DNA of 54,967 nt, taken from Octopus bimaculoides (lineage: Eukaryota). A program made the translations under genes and the position numbers. The stretch covers positions 11,431,257-11,486,223 of the forward strand of contig NC_068997.1 in the NCBI RefSeq assembly GCF_001194135.2, written 5' to 3'. Within the stretch, counting starts at the first letter, position 1, and each line of letters begins with the position of its first letter. Of the stretch, positions 12,225 through 23,200 are shown piece by piece. Under the pieces are notes generated by a model. That model was not told the DNA's origin, did not search any database, and worked only from the letters and a program-made list of their open reading frames with translations.

Positions 12225-13007
12225 GTAAGTGATAGACAAGTAATAGCATCGATATAATCAATCATACACCTCTCTCGCATATGATATCGTAGATATGCTA
12301 AAAATCGTTATTACTACAACTACAACTGTTAGATAAAAAAAGGTGTCTGGCTACAGAAAGCTAGAGCGTCGTCACGTGATGTTTACATACGTCCTAAATT
12401 GATATCATATCGGATTCAAAACTTTGAATTTCTTCTCTTTCAAGGTCAATAATGCATCACACAATAACACACCATTAATCGATTCAAGCGATTATATTTG
12501 TTTCTATCATACAAAGTTCTTGGCAATGCACCAAATTGTTAAAAAAATATTACTGTAGATGTCCCATTAACAACTCCCAAGCGGCCTTTACTTTGTTACA
12601 ATAAGATGTTATTGCAACGAATAATAAAAGATTAAATAAGATGTCATGACATTCACATAGCATGAAACAGTGCAAAATCAACCGTACTAAATTAATATCG
12701 CCAATAATAGATAAATTATACTTATTTTAGTTACTTCGTTTTTTTCTTATTCCACACTATATTTATCTTTTTAAATTTCAAATTAATGTTAATTTCAAAT
12801 TAATGTTAATTATCTAATATATATTTTATTATCTACGCCGCCTCAAAATCTCACTCAATTTCAATGGCAACACCATCACCGGTTACACCATAATAGGTGA
12901 TTTCTCACGTCATCTCATTCTTCTCCTTTCCGAAATATTCCCATTCATCATTATATTTTTCGTATACACAACCGTTGCCATCATCGTCATCAATATAATC
13001 CTCTATT

Positions 13008-13240
13008 CCTTCTCTGCCGCTGCAGCTGCTGCTGCTGCTGTTGCACCTCCTCCTCCTCCTACTCCTCCTCATCATCATCATCATCATCATCACCACCACC
13101 ATAACCCTCACATTTGTCACTTCTGCTAATAATGTGAAACAGAAATGATTACTTCAAAAATAGTAGTGATTATAGTAGCAGAGGCAGCAGCAGCAGCAGC
13201 AGCAGCGGTAGTGGTAGTAGTAGTAGTAGTAGTAGTAGTA
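13008..13240. repeat. Compound trinucleotide tracts (CTG/CTC/CAT/CAC ... CAG/TAG)
   Basis: Visible runs. Confidence 0.9.
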
Positions 13241-14724
13241 ATCAGTTTAGCATGTCCCTTAGTGCAAAAATTGTGGGAGAGCATCATAGCCATGTGTTGA
13301 GAGGAGTTCTTTGGGGTTTGGATAATTCACATTTTTTTTAAACATGGGTGTTTTGTTCAACGTCCTTAAAGAACCCTTATTCAGGCACCTTTTGAACGGG
13401 ATTGGCTACTCGACCTGAAAAAAATTCTAGCTGCAAGGTCAAGCGTTGTTTATCTTGATATGAGATCACTATGTAGCACACAAAAAAGAGAAAGAAGAAG
13501 AGGGTGAATAAATATCGAGAAGACAGTGAAACTATAGCAGTCCGATGTAGATTCCTACTAGAAGACAAAATAATAACTATTTAAGGAGGCAATAAGAGCT
13601 TTTTATAGACTATAAAGCACCCAACGGAAATGCGGGAAATCGTGGAATAGAGGAAATGAAGTTTCGAAGAAAAGAAACTTATCTTAAAGTTTCTTCAAGA
13701 ATACAGAAGAGATACTGGATGAAAAGGAAGAAAAGAAAACGGGGGAAATGATGTGCGAAGCACAAGAAATGTTTCTAATGGAAACTTGACAAAGAAAATG
13801 ATATGTCAACAAAACTGTTCACCCAAATGCGGTAAGTACGATGATTCACATGAGATCAAAGCTCCAAACTCTAAAATTAACGGCGAAGGATTACACAAAA
13901 TATAGGCATCAAAAGACGTCTGCAACAACAAATTGGATTCGTTGTAAGAAATTTGGCTTGCATTTACATTGCTGTATGCGGTCGTCTAATTCTTTTTTTT
14001 TTTTTGCTTCTTTCATAGACGTCTAAGAAAAGTAGATACGTAGGAACTTGTCAGTGCTTCAGTTAAGTGATGTAATTTTCTCCGTGTATCAGTTGGTCTG
14101 TCATCGGAATGTTGCATCGTTAATACATCAACCACTCCTGCGTCTGTAGCAAGTGAGATATGCATAAGTACTTCGTATCTCATTCCATAATATTTAAAGA
14201 GGATCGCCTGTTTCTTCATAACACAAGCTTGCGATAATAACTTTCTCTCTGCTAGTTCATTCATGTTTGATTTTTGGAGTTTACTAGTAGTTTCAAGAGA
14301 AGAAATAGTAATTTTTCTAGAGTTTCTCTATTCATTACAGCTATATCTTTTCTTTGCGTGTATTACGTGATAATAATGTAGACGTTTTCTTATATTTTGT
14401 TAGAAATATTCGTCTGTTGAAAGCTCTTTGCTACAATTTATATCAGGAGCTTTTCTCTTAGCTGCTGTTGTAGATAACATTTTACGTATTTATGAAGAAG
14501 GAAAGAAAACATAACTTTTCTACAGTTATTTCAATAAAGAACCAGATGCACACGTTCTAAATAATCTTTGCCGATCAAAAATTCCTCGGTTATCTTTTGT
14601 AAATACTAGAGCTTTCGGAATTTCAAGAAAAACACGATTCATTTTTCAGGTAACCAACAATACTAATTTATAAAAGCTCACAATTTTCTCGAGCAAAGCT
14701 TTACATCTGCATATTAATCACGGT

Positions 14725-14800
14725 ACACCGATAGTACTTCAGTACTTCATCACCCAAAAAGACGAAAGCGAAGTCGACTTCGGAAAGTTTTGTACCATTC
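14725..14800 (-). mobile_element. Family A SINE core fragment
   Basis: Reverse complement ccgaagtcgacttcgctttcgtctttttgggtgatgaagtact resembles the Nin/Deu core. Confidence 0.55.
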
Positions 14801-14865
14801 TTGGAGGAGTGATTAGCACTATCCTCATCTTATGTCTATCAAACGTATTTGGCTAGTTCTTCTTA

Positions 14866-15060
14866 CGAGGAGGTGCTGCAAAGTTCCTGGCTTTAAACGT
14901 ATCACGAAAGACCGATTTCTTTTACTGGGTTTAGAAAAACTGAAGGACCGCTACAATAAGTGTATGAATCTTAGAGGGGAATATGTTGAATAAAAGGTTA
15001 TTAACTGAACCTCCTGTACTTTCTTTTACTCAAAGCCAGGAACTTTTCAGCACCCCCTCT
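14866..15060 (+). mobile_element. Mariner-derived MITE (195 bp) with 29-bp TIRs and TA TSD
   Basis: TIRs 14866-14894 and 15032-15060 match at 26/29; TA at 14864-65 and 15061-62; the interior retains the transposase C-terminus LGLEKLKDRYNKCMNLRGEYVE*. Confidence 0.92.
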
Positions 15061-15984
15061 TATATGCTTTATTTCCCCACCCTACTGTTTAAGTCTTGTT
15101 TATTAATGTTATTTTCCTTATCTTTCTCAATTTCCGTTTTCTCAATTTCGTTTTGCTGTGATCGCTTGAACTTTTGTAATATAAACTTTCTACTGAATCT
15201 TGTTTTGGCAGCGTACTCGTGGGATTTTCGCTGAGATATTTTCAAATAATATTCCACCTATCCCTAGTTTATCAGTTTGACATCAATAATATAGTATATT
15301 GCGTGGAACTAAGAAATATATGAATGGTAAGGTAAAAATTAAAACAGATTAAAGTATCATTTGATAATTTATATTAAAGAAGGTATAATTTAAAAACAGA
15401 ACTGCTTGCAAGTGAGGATAAAATTTCTGAATGTACAATTTCAAGAGAAAAGCCAAAGAAACCTATAATGCTAAAAGCATTTCTTAAGCTAAAGCTACGC
15501 CTGGGAACAATATTAAAAAGGGTGCAAGAAATGTAGTTTGGAGTTGCGGTGGGTACAAGTCGTTGTGCATCCGCTGTATCACGTCCAAAAAGATATAGAG
15601 TAGTAAAAACTTACTAGAACCTACCAGGTGTGTGATATCTTTTGAAATTCATTCTGCAAATTTCCTCAGAGGTACTAGAATGGTGACTAATATGTTTTTG
15701 TTTAGACTTTATAGTTCGTCACATTATTTTGAACTTACGTAAAATGCGGAAAAATCTTGACATACAAAAGCTAGCTGTTCGGGAGGTTTATGAGAAAGCT
15801 AAATTGTATAAAAGGAGCGTATGGTGACATTTATATCCTCATAAAACTGATAATATTAGGTTATACTATTTTGGAAGGCTGTCTGTGTGTATTTGGATAA
15901 TGAGAAGCAGGTAAATGATATCTAAATATACGAAATATATTTTTTTCTCTGACTCGTTGTGAATGACTATATTGTCAAACGTCT

Positions 15985-16200
15985 GGAGGAGTGGCAGAAG
16001 CGTTAAAAAGTTACTCAAAATCTTGCCGTATTTAGTAGCAACACTCACAATTCGAGTTCGAATTCTGAGAAGAGTTGTTTTATTTTCTCTACCATCATTT
16101 TGCAGTGGATAAAAAGTATCTGTCAATTAATGCAGTCGATTGAATCGATTAGAAGCTTTCTGGAAGCGCGTGGCCCTGTGCTAATGCTGGAAATCAATAT
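15985..16200 (+). mobile_element. Family A SINE, decayed
   Basis: gagtggcagaagcgtta head, gagttcgaattc B box, gcagtcgattgaatcgatt and ggaaatcaatatt tail. Confidence 0.6.
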
Positions 16201-16640
16201 TTGCAATATGTTAGATAAATAAAGCGATTTGTTTATAAATAGTGTTGTGATATCAGAGTTATCATATTACATGATATTACATTTATGCATGTATACGCAT
16301 GTGCGCTTACGTGTGGTAGTGGCGTATCTGTGCGCGAGCATGTGTATTTAAAGGTGCGGTGTGCATTTACTTTTCAATTGATATCTATATAAATCGTATA
16401 TCTATTGCTTCCGTAGATCTGTTCAAACAGACAGAATACACTAATTTGGGGAATTTGAAACCTTAAAATTATGAATCATGCTAACTTATGGTATATCTAG
16501 ATACCAGGTTTTTACCCTTCACGATTTGTTATCCACCCTGGTAGAAATATGGTGTGTTCATTGTGCTTCTAGTGAGTTATATATTTTTGTTCTCATCTCC
16601 GTTAATTTCCTCTCTGTCTTGTCATCACTCATTCATTAAA

Positions 16641-16740
16641 GAGTCGACAGAATAAGTACTATTTGAACATTGAGGTCGATGTGATCGACAGACCCCATTC
16701 TCTCCAAAATGTTAGGCCTTGTTCCTATAGCAGAAAGACA
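16641..16740 (+). mobile_element. Family A SINE 3' fragment
   Basis: gtcgacagaataagtact...gaggtcgatgtgatcgac...aaaatgttaggccttgttcctatagcagaaa. Confidence 0.75.
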
Positions 16741-16748
16741 GAATGCAT

Positions 16749-16825
16749 TCTTCTTTTTCTTCTTCTTCTTCTTCTTCTTCTTCTTCTTCTTCTTCTTCTT
16801 CTTCTTCTTCTTCTTCTTCTTCTTG

Positions 16826-16880
<55 letters not shown>

Positions 16881-16881
16881 G

Positions 16882-16946
<65 letters not shown>
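16749..16946. repeat. (TTC)n followed by inverted (TAC)n/(GTA)n trinucleotide arrays
   Basis: Visible; 16826-16880 is the reverse complement of the tract starting near 16882. Confidence 0.97.
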
Positions 16947-16947
<1 letters not shown>

Positions 16948-17380
16948 AAATTTTCCGAAGAAGTTTAGATTTGCCAAAGTTATTTGACAAAATTATTACA
17001 GATTCTCCGCATAAGATATATGTGCATGATTTATTCATACTTTAATTTAAATTTCTTATTGACACCTCAAAACATACAGCCACACGCACACACACACACA
17101 CACACACGCATATTCAGCCACACACACACACACTCATTTAATGATATATGTATACACATGTTTGTCGAGAGAGAGAAAGTGAAGGAGAGTGAGACTATAT
17201 ATGTATATGCAATATGCATATGCATATNNNNNNNNNNNNNNNNNNNNNNNNNNNNNNNNNNNNNNNNNNNNNNNNNNNNNNNNNNNNNNNNNNNNNNNNN
17301 NNNNNNNNNNNNNNNNNNNNNNNNNNNNNNNNNNNNNNNNNNNNNNNNNNNNNNNNNNNNNNNNNNNNNNNNNNNNNNNN

Positions 17381-18505
17381 CCATGACGCAATTCCCTCTG
17401 CCAGAAATTTGGAATCAACATGCTGTACTGCTTGGCATTCGCGACGGAAGCTCCAATACGAACATTTCAGAGTGTTTGGGTGTCAATCTGAGTAGAGTGC
17501 AGAGGATTCAGGAAAAGTTAGGTGTGTCTATTGGTGATTACGAAGGTACGGCAGCTCGGAGAACTCACTCTGATCGTTTGGATAAGACAAGAATTCATGA
17601 ATTTGTTGGTGAGATCCATGCCATGATTGACAAGATCCTACCAAGTCAATCAGGTCCATCGCCAGGAACATGGAGGTATCTGTGTTTCTTATCAGGCAGG
17701 TTTTACTTGAAGATATTTGGTTTCCTCATACAAGATGAGATAGGGCCAATTTTCATCCCAAGCCATCAAGGACAAGAGGAAAGGCAGCGCTACGAAGCTT
17801 TTGAACCTAGCACCTCCTCCAACTGAACATGCTTTGGATTTTCTGAGACGAGAAACATTTGTGCCAGGAGCAGATGGTGAACACAGAGAACAACCGTTGG
17901 CTTGCCGTGTCCCCAAAATATGTACCGAAAGTGATAAAAATCAAACATCCAGTCATCATCATGGTGTTTGGATCGATCACTAGTCACGGCGACATTACGT
18001 TATGCTTCCATTCATCTTTTCACATGGCCTCAGACTCAACACAGAGGCCTACATCAAGTACCTGGAGGACGTAGTGCTGACCTTAGTCAAGGGGGTGGTT
18101 ACTGGAAGAGCCTATGTCTGGCAACAGGACTCTGCACCCTGCCACAGAAGCAGAAGAACCCCGCCATGGCTGTCAGACAATTTCTGCAACCATATAACCC
18201 GTAACATCTGGTCACCTAACTCCACAGACTTCCGCCCACTTGATTATTATGTGTGGGGTGCAGTTGAGTAAGAGAACAACAAAACTCCTTGTAACACCAA
18301 AGATGAACTGAAGGCAAGCATTATGACAGCATTCACCAGGTGACCGTGGTTGAAGCCAATGGCGATTTCAATGAATAAATTTAGTCTTTAGCATTTAAAG
18401 ATATTTTTAATGCAATTTTTGGTAAATATATCTTTTAAAATGAGATGTCTGTGTTATTTTCAATTTTGCGTAATTTAGACGACAATTTATTCACCGCACA
18501 CTGTA
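17381..18505 (+). mobile_element. Tc1/mariner-superfamily transposon, DD37D (maT) type, pseudogenised; 5' end in an N gap
   Basis: Across frameshifts: WIF*DEK (D1 at 17847), WQQDSAPCH (D2 at 18128), FRPLDYYVWG (D3 at 18242), with 37 residues between D2 and D3; C-terminus VEANGDFNE*; 3' end ...ttcaccgcacactg followed by TA at 18504-05. Confidence 0.9.
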
Positions 18506-18607
18506 TATACATGCAAAGAGGAAAAAAGAAGGACAGGGAGGAAGAAGGGTTGTTAGTGCGCTGCTACTTCTTTTGTGTGTGTTTTAAATGAGAATATATA
18601 ATGTACT

Positions 18608-18638
<31 letters not shown>

Positions 18639-18680
18639 TCTTGATTTTTTCGCATTTTCTGTACGTCTAAGATGTTTGAA

Positions 18681-18682
<2 letters not shown>

Positions 18683-18742
<60 letters not shown>

Positions 18743-18760
18743 CAACAACAACAACAATAA
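18683..18760. repeat. (AAT)n-(AAC)n microsatellite
   Basis: Visible run just upstream of the fossil LINE. Confidence 0.97.
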
Positions 18761-18869
18761 CAAGAACATCAGCAACAACAATAGTAATAATGACAGCAGC
18801 GATGTGAAGAAGAAGAAGAAGAACAATAAAAATATATACGGTAATAATTTTGATTATATCGATTATAAT

Positions 18870-21670
18870 TATCTTTCATGGAAACGAAGCATCCAGCGTT
18901 AACTAGGAAAATAAATAAACTGATGGAAGCTAAAGACAGTTTTAATAACATGCAGTCACTTCCAAATCCCTGGAAGATTTTTCCGAAGGAACCAATTATG
19001 TTAAGGAAAAAAAACACAACCGAAAGACTCATGGATATCAACAATCACCAAACTATAAGAGCAGTAGCTACAATTATATCCCTGGACATTAATGCAAAGT
19101 GAGAGTTGTGGAAAAGAAGTCCCTCATAACAATAACAATCAACTATGCATGACTAATTATAGCAGTAAAGCCTTGTCAAGGTCTGTAGAGAAATGAAAAC
19201 ACCTGGAAATCTCCAAATACTAAATTCATGGCTGAATCTCCTGAGCAAGCTCTCGTTAGTAAATTCTAAATATATTCATTAAACTGTTGAGTATGAAAGA
19301 AGCAAGAAAGTATCAGGATTTTGGATGAAAACGAATTTAATTCTTCATTGTGAATATAACAGGAAACACCCAAGAATGTAGGCTTATATCCTTATGGTGA
19401 AACTGAGTACGAATCGTTTCATTTCTTATTCAAGGCTTGTCTAATCGATAGTGCAAGGAACTGCTCCCAAGAAAGGAGATAATAGGCTGGAAAGACATGC
19501 ATAAATGTGAACGGCAGCGACTGCATGAACATAAACGAGATATTACAGACAGAGATATTACAGATGGGAGTGAAAAAAAAATCGCATTGTATTAACTGAT
19601 CTCTAGAAACCATCTGACAGCATAGCGCGCACTTGCATACTGAATATACTAAGCATAAAAATGAAGAAAAAAATACATTGACTATTTTATCTGAAATGGC
19701 AAAGTAAAATATCATGACAAAGCAGAGAAGATAATCAAAATCCAGTCTACAAACAAAATATGAAGTATCTTCCTTGGAGAAACATAATTTTCTCACTTCT
19801 CTTTTGTGTAGCTCTGACTCCATTAGCAAATATTTTGAACGTAACTCCCAATGGTTATATAGATGATAGGAACAAATTATAAATCATCTCTACTATAAGA
19901 ATTATTTAGAAGATATATCATATTGCTTAACACTTGCTAAAAATTTTCATAAATCCAGTCAGGAGTACGACATTAGATAGATGTGTCAAAGCTCGTATTA
20001 GAGGTGGAAAATAAACTAAATTGGAATATATTGCCTCAGATAGAGTGTCCAAAGTCAGATAATTAGGCTAGAATCAGTCGTGCTGATGAGTACATTAAAG
20101 AGAAAAAAGTAACGCACAGCAAAATAATTATATTAATATTAACAAGCAATCTTGCTATTGCAATTCAGATAAACAAGGTTAGTCATTCCAGTTATCAAGT
20201 CAAGCTTGAATATAATAAAATAGAATTTAAGTGAATTGAAGAGTATGCTAAAAACTAAGAGTTATCCAAAGCCACACATTAGGAATTTAATATAGACAGA
20301 ATATAGCTAACCGCGCACAAGGAGGCCGAGTGTGGTGCAAATATGATTTCTGCAGGAAAGAAATATCACTGGAGAAAAGAAACCGCTAAAACTAAAACAA
20401 AGCAACAGAAACTAATCAGTGTAATAAGGAAACAAGAGAAAAAAACCTCTTTCACTTTCACAAATTTCTCTCTCTCTTTATCTCTCTCTCACTCTCTCTC
20501 ACTCTCTTTCAAGCTCTGTTTAACGGAACAATAAGAAGTGAATTAAAATACAAACGTGTTAGAACACGATAACAACTAGAAGTGCTTTAAAAGTAAAGAA
20601 GACAAAACGAAAGAAGAATTCAATAATATGCTGGAGTAAAATAGAGGGAAAACACATTGTGTAGCCAATATTCTGCGATGTTCTTCAGTGAAAACGAAAA
20701 CCTAAGGCAAAATCAAAAATGAGTAGAAACTCTTGACTAAATGCAGACGAAGGCGGCCCCTTTTAAATTGCAGAGAAGCATCGACTAGCCAAAGAAATCT
20801 ACGAAGATACATAACAAATAATAAATAAAATCGCGAACAAACTATGCAGCAGTGCAATGAGATAGCAGCTCACATTATTTCAGGCTGCTTAGCCCTTGCC
20901 CAAATTTAATACAACCATAGATAAGTTGGCAGATATTGTGTTATTTCGTAGAAATAGCGAAATAGTGATGGAAACATGTAAGGATAAAACGTGGTCATAG
21001 CTTGGTCATACTGAGGAAAAGATAACGGATAATCATATAGCCATAATGTAGTTTAACAAACACATATGTATGCGTTAAATCCAATTGCGTGTTTTTCGTT
21101 CATAGCTTTGAATGGGTAGATCATAGATTTGCGAGGGATGTGGTAGACAAAAGCAGTGTGTGTGTGTGTGTGTGTGTGTGTATGTTTATTGTTTGTTTGT
21201 GTGTGTATGTTTATTGTTTGTGTTCTCACCCCACACCGATTGACAACCAGATTTGATTGGTTTATGTTCTCCTTAGTGATTGGGGGAAAATGGGCCATAA
21301 AATAATTTCATAGCTTTTAAAAAAGTATGTAGGGAAGACGTTTAGTTCGACTAAAAATCTTTCAATACGGTGCCCCTGCATGGTCGCGGTCCAATGACTT
21401 AAACATTCAGATGATTAAAAGGTTGAAAAAAAAAAAGATTTCGATGCCTTCTAACCGAAACATTCTTGAAAAGAACAGGCGAAATTCTCAAAATATAGAT
21501 CAGGAAACGAAATAGAGCAGATTCTGGGGCATGTAATTAAAACAACCTAAGTATGATTAATAATATAAGAACTAAATCAGATAAAACTCAGGGAAATACA
21601 CTATTTTGTATATAATCCAAACTATATCACTACTAGGAACGGCGCACCTCTTACTTAGATATGGGATTCA
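18870..21670 (+). mobile_element. Fossil non-LTR retrotransposon, R4/Dong-like (RT + CCHC + REL-type C-terminus), interrupted by a (CT) tract and a SINE
   Basis: Colinear motifs read manually across stops and frameshifts: K*KTPGNLQILNSWL (~19190), KPSDSIARTCILNIL (19607), LLFCVALTPLANILN (19796), INHLYY (19879), VIPVIKSSLNIIK*NLSELK (~20180), DRI*L..QGGR (~20300), LC..NEIAAHIISGCLALA (20840-20900), IQTISLLGTAHLL (21614-21655). 5' boundary approximate. Confidence 0.8.
21100..21425 (+). mobile_element. Family C SINE nested in the fossil LINE
   Basis: gggatgtggtagac, (GT)n, gattgacaacc, gttcgactaaa and gcatggtcgcggtccaatgact. Confidence 0.7.
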
Positions 21671-22299
21671 ATAATTCAACTCAAAGTATTCATTCTATAC
21701 ATAAAAATGTATCTTATACAATAAAAACCTCCTATAATAACATGCCTCACACCTTACATATAATAAGGAAACTCCATGGAAAAAGGCAACACAAGGTATA
21801 AGACAAAATGCTGAAACAATACCAGACGCACCAAACCAAATGCGATGTAATGCAAAAATCATGTAGTATGCAAATGCATTTGTACATTCTCAATGGCAAT
21901 GAAACACACAATTCAGGACCGAGTAGAAGCAGTTGTATTTAGCTTTAGAATAGAATCACACAGAAACTGTTAAAACAGTTGAACGTTAATTGTTATAATA
22001 ATGAGTATCTAAACTTTTCTCGTTGTATAGTCTTTTGGGGGCTTATAAAATCGTTTATATGTATCAGGTCTGGTTTGCTGTGCATTCCGTATGCGTATTT
22101 ATCGTTTTGCCCGTGTGTTTCGTTTCTTTTTCGTCCATTCTTTGTTTCAAATAGGTGAGATGCGAGTTGTGTATTGTATTTATTATGGTTTGGATGCACG
22201 TATTCAATCTGCGGAAATCCTTTTCTCTTTTAAAGTAGCAGAGAACAATTATTTAGAGTATATCATTTTTGTGCCCCATTAAATTATTGAACATTAACT

Positions 22300-23200
22300 G
22301 TGAAGCCCATAAATTGCATGAAGTGTTGATCGCATGCGCTATTTTATTGAGTGACAATGGTTTAGAATAAGTCCAGCATGAATTATCCAGAATCTGTAAT
22401 TTTAGACTTATACTGTTGATTTGAATGTGTATCGTAAAAACATGTATTCAATTTAGCGTGTTATTTTAGGAACGGTGTGTACGGTTTTAAATCCTGATAA
22501 GCTTTTGATTTTGTTTCCATGTTTGTTTTCATCAAACGTTGTAAGCTATTTATTATTTGCCCTGTGATTACTGTTATATCGCGCTTCTGGCGTATTTCCA
22601 TTTGAAAAAGCTTCTGCTTTGTATTGTGAAGTCTTTCCGATTTAACTTTTAGGGCAGGCTGGATCGAGATATTTCTTTCAGTACAAAAACCATTGTTTGT
22701 TTGATAATCGTCAAGTCGGGTCGGCTCACCTGAAACGTGACAGACTTTTCCAGATTTAATATAACCGTATCGCTGCTATGTATCTTTTTCGATACGTACA
22801 TAATTATACCTCTCAGTTTTAAAATTAAAATATCAACTTGAATGACAACTTGAATGTGTATGTGTAGACATTCTTTCTTTTCGAGTTCTGAGGTGCTTCA
22901 AGCGAAGTGGTCATTTATTTACTTTGGTCACTTTATCATGGTAGAACGATGATTGCCTCTTGTTTTTATAGTTGATTGTGGCTGTACAACGATCATGTAT
23001 TTGCCGAAAGTGACCTAACCTTTTGGAGGCTTGTCTATAGTTCTCTGGCAAATAATGATCTTAACACTAATACTTTTCCTCATCGTTAGGTTGTGTAATC
23101 TATTGCTCATTGAATGCTATTTTCTTCCTATTTTCCTTCGGTAAGATTCGGAAGTCTAGTTTGATTTTGTATTTCTTCTTACTTTTCATTTCTTTTTACT
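22300..23200 (-). mobile_element. Possible Penelope-like RT relic, very decayed
   Basis: Minus-strand remnants in the expected order: PNLTEG, GKVLVL (cf. DKG..VV), YVSKKIH (cf. Y.LPKIHK), LTTFD. Confidence 0.3.

Noticed and set aside
13245-13465. Interspersed repeat I seem to recall from octopus sequence
   Set aside because: It is single-copy in this window with no diagnostic structure, so it cannot be supported from the sequence alone.
13723-13837. Cys-rich exon ICQQNCSPKC ending at G|GTAAGT
   Set aside because: There is an in-frame stop at 13720 and no pyrimidine tract for an acceptor in the purine-rich upstream sequence.
16663-17045. Poly-Leu/Val/Ser/Glu proteins (also 27226-27664, 46315-46702 and all X-containing ORFs)
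   Set aside because: These are translations of microsatellites or N gaps.
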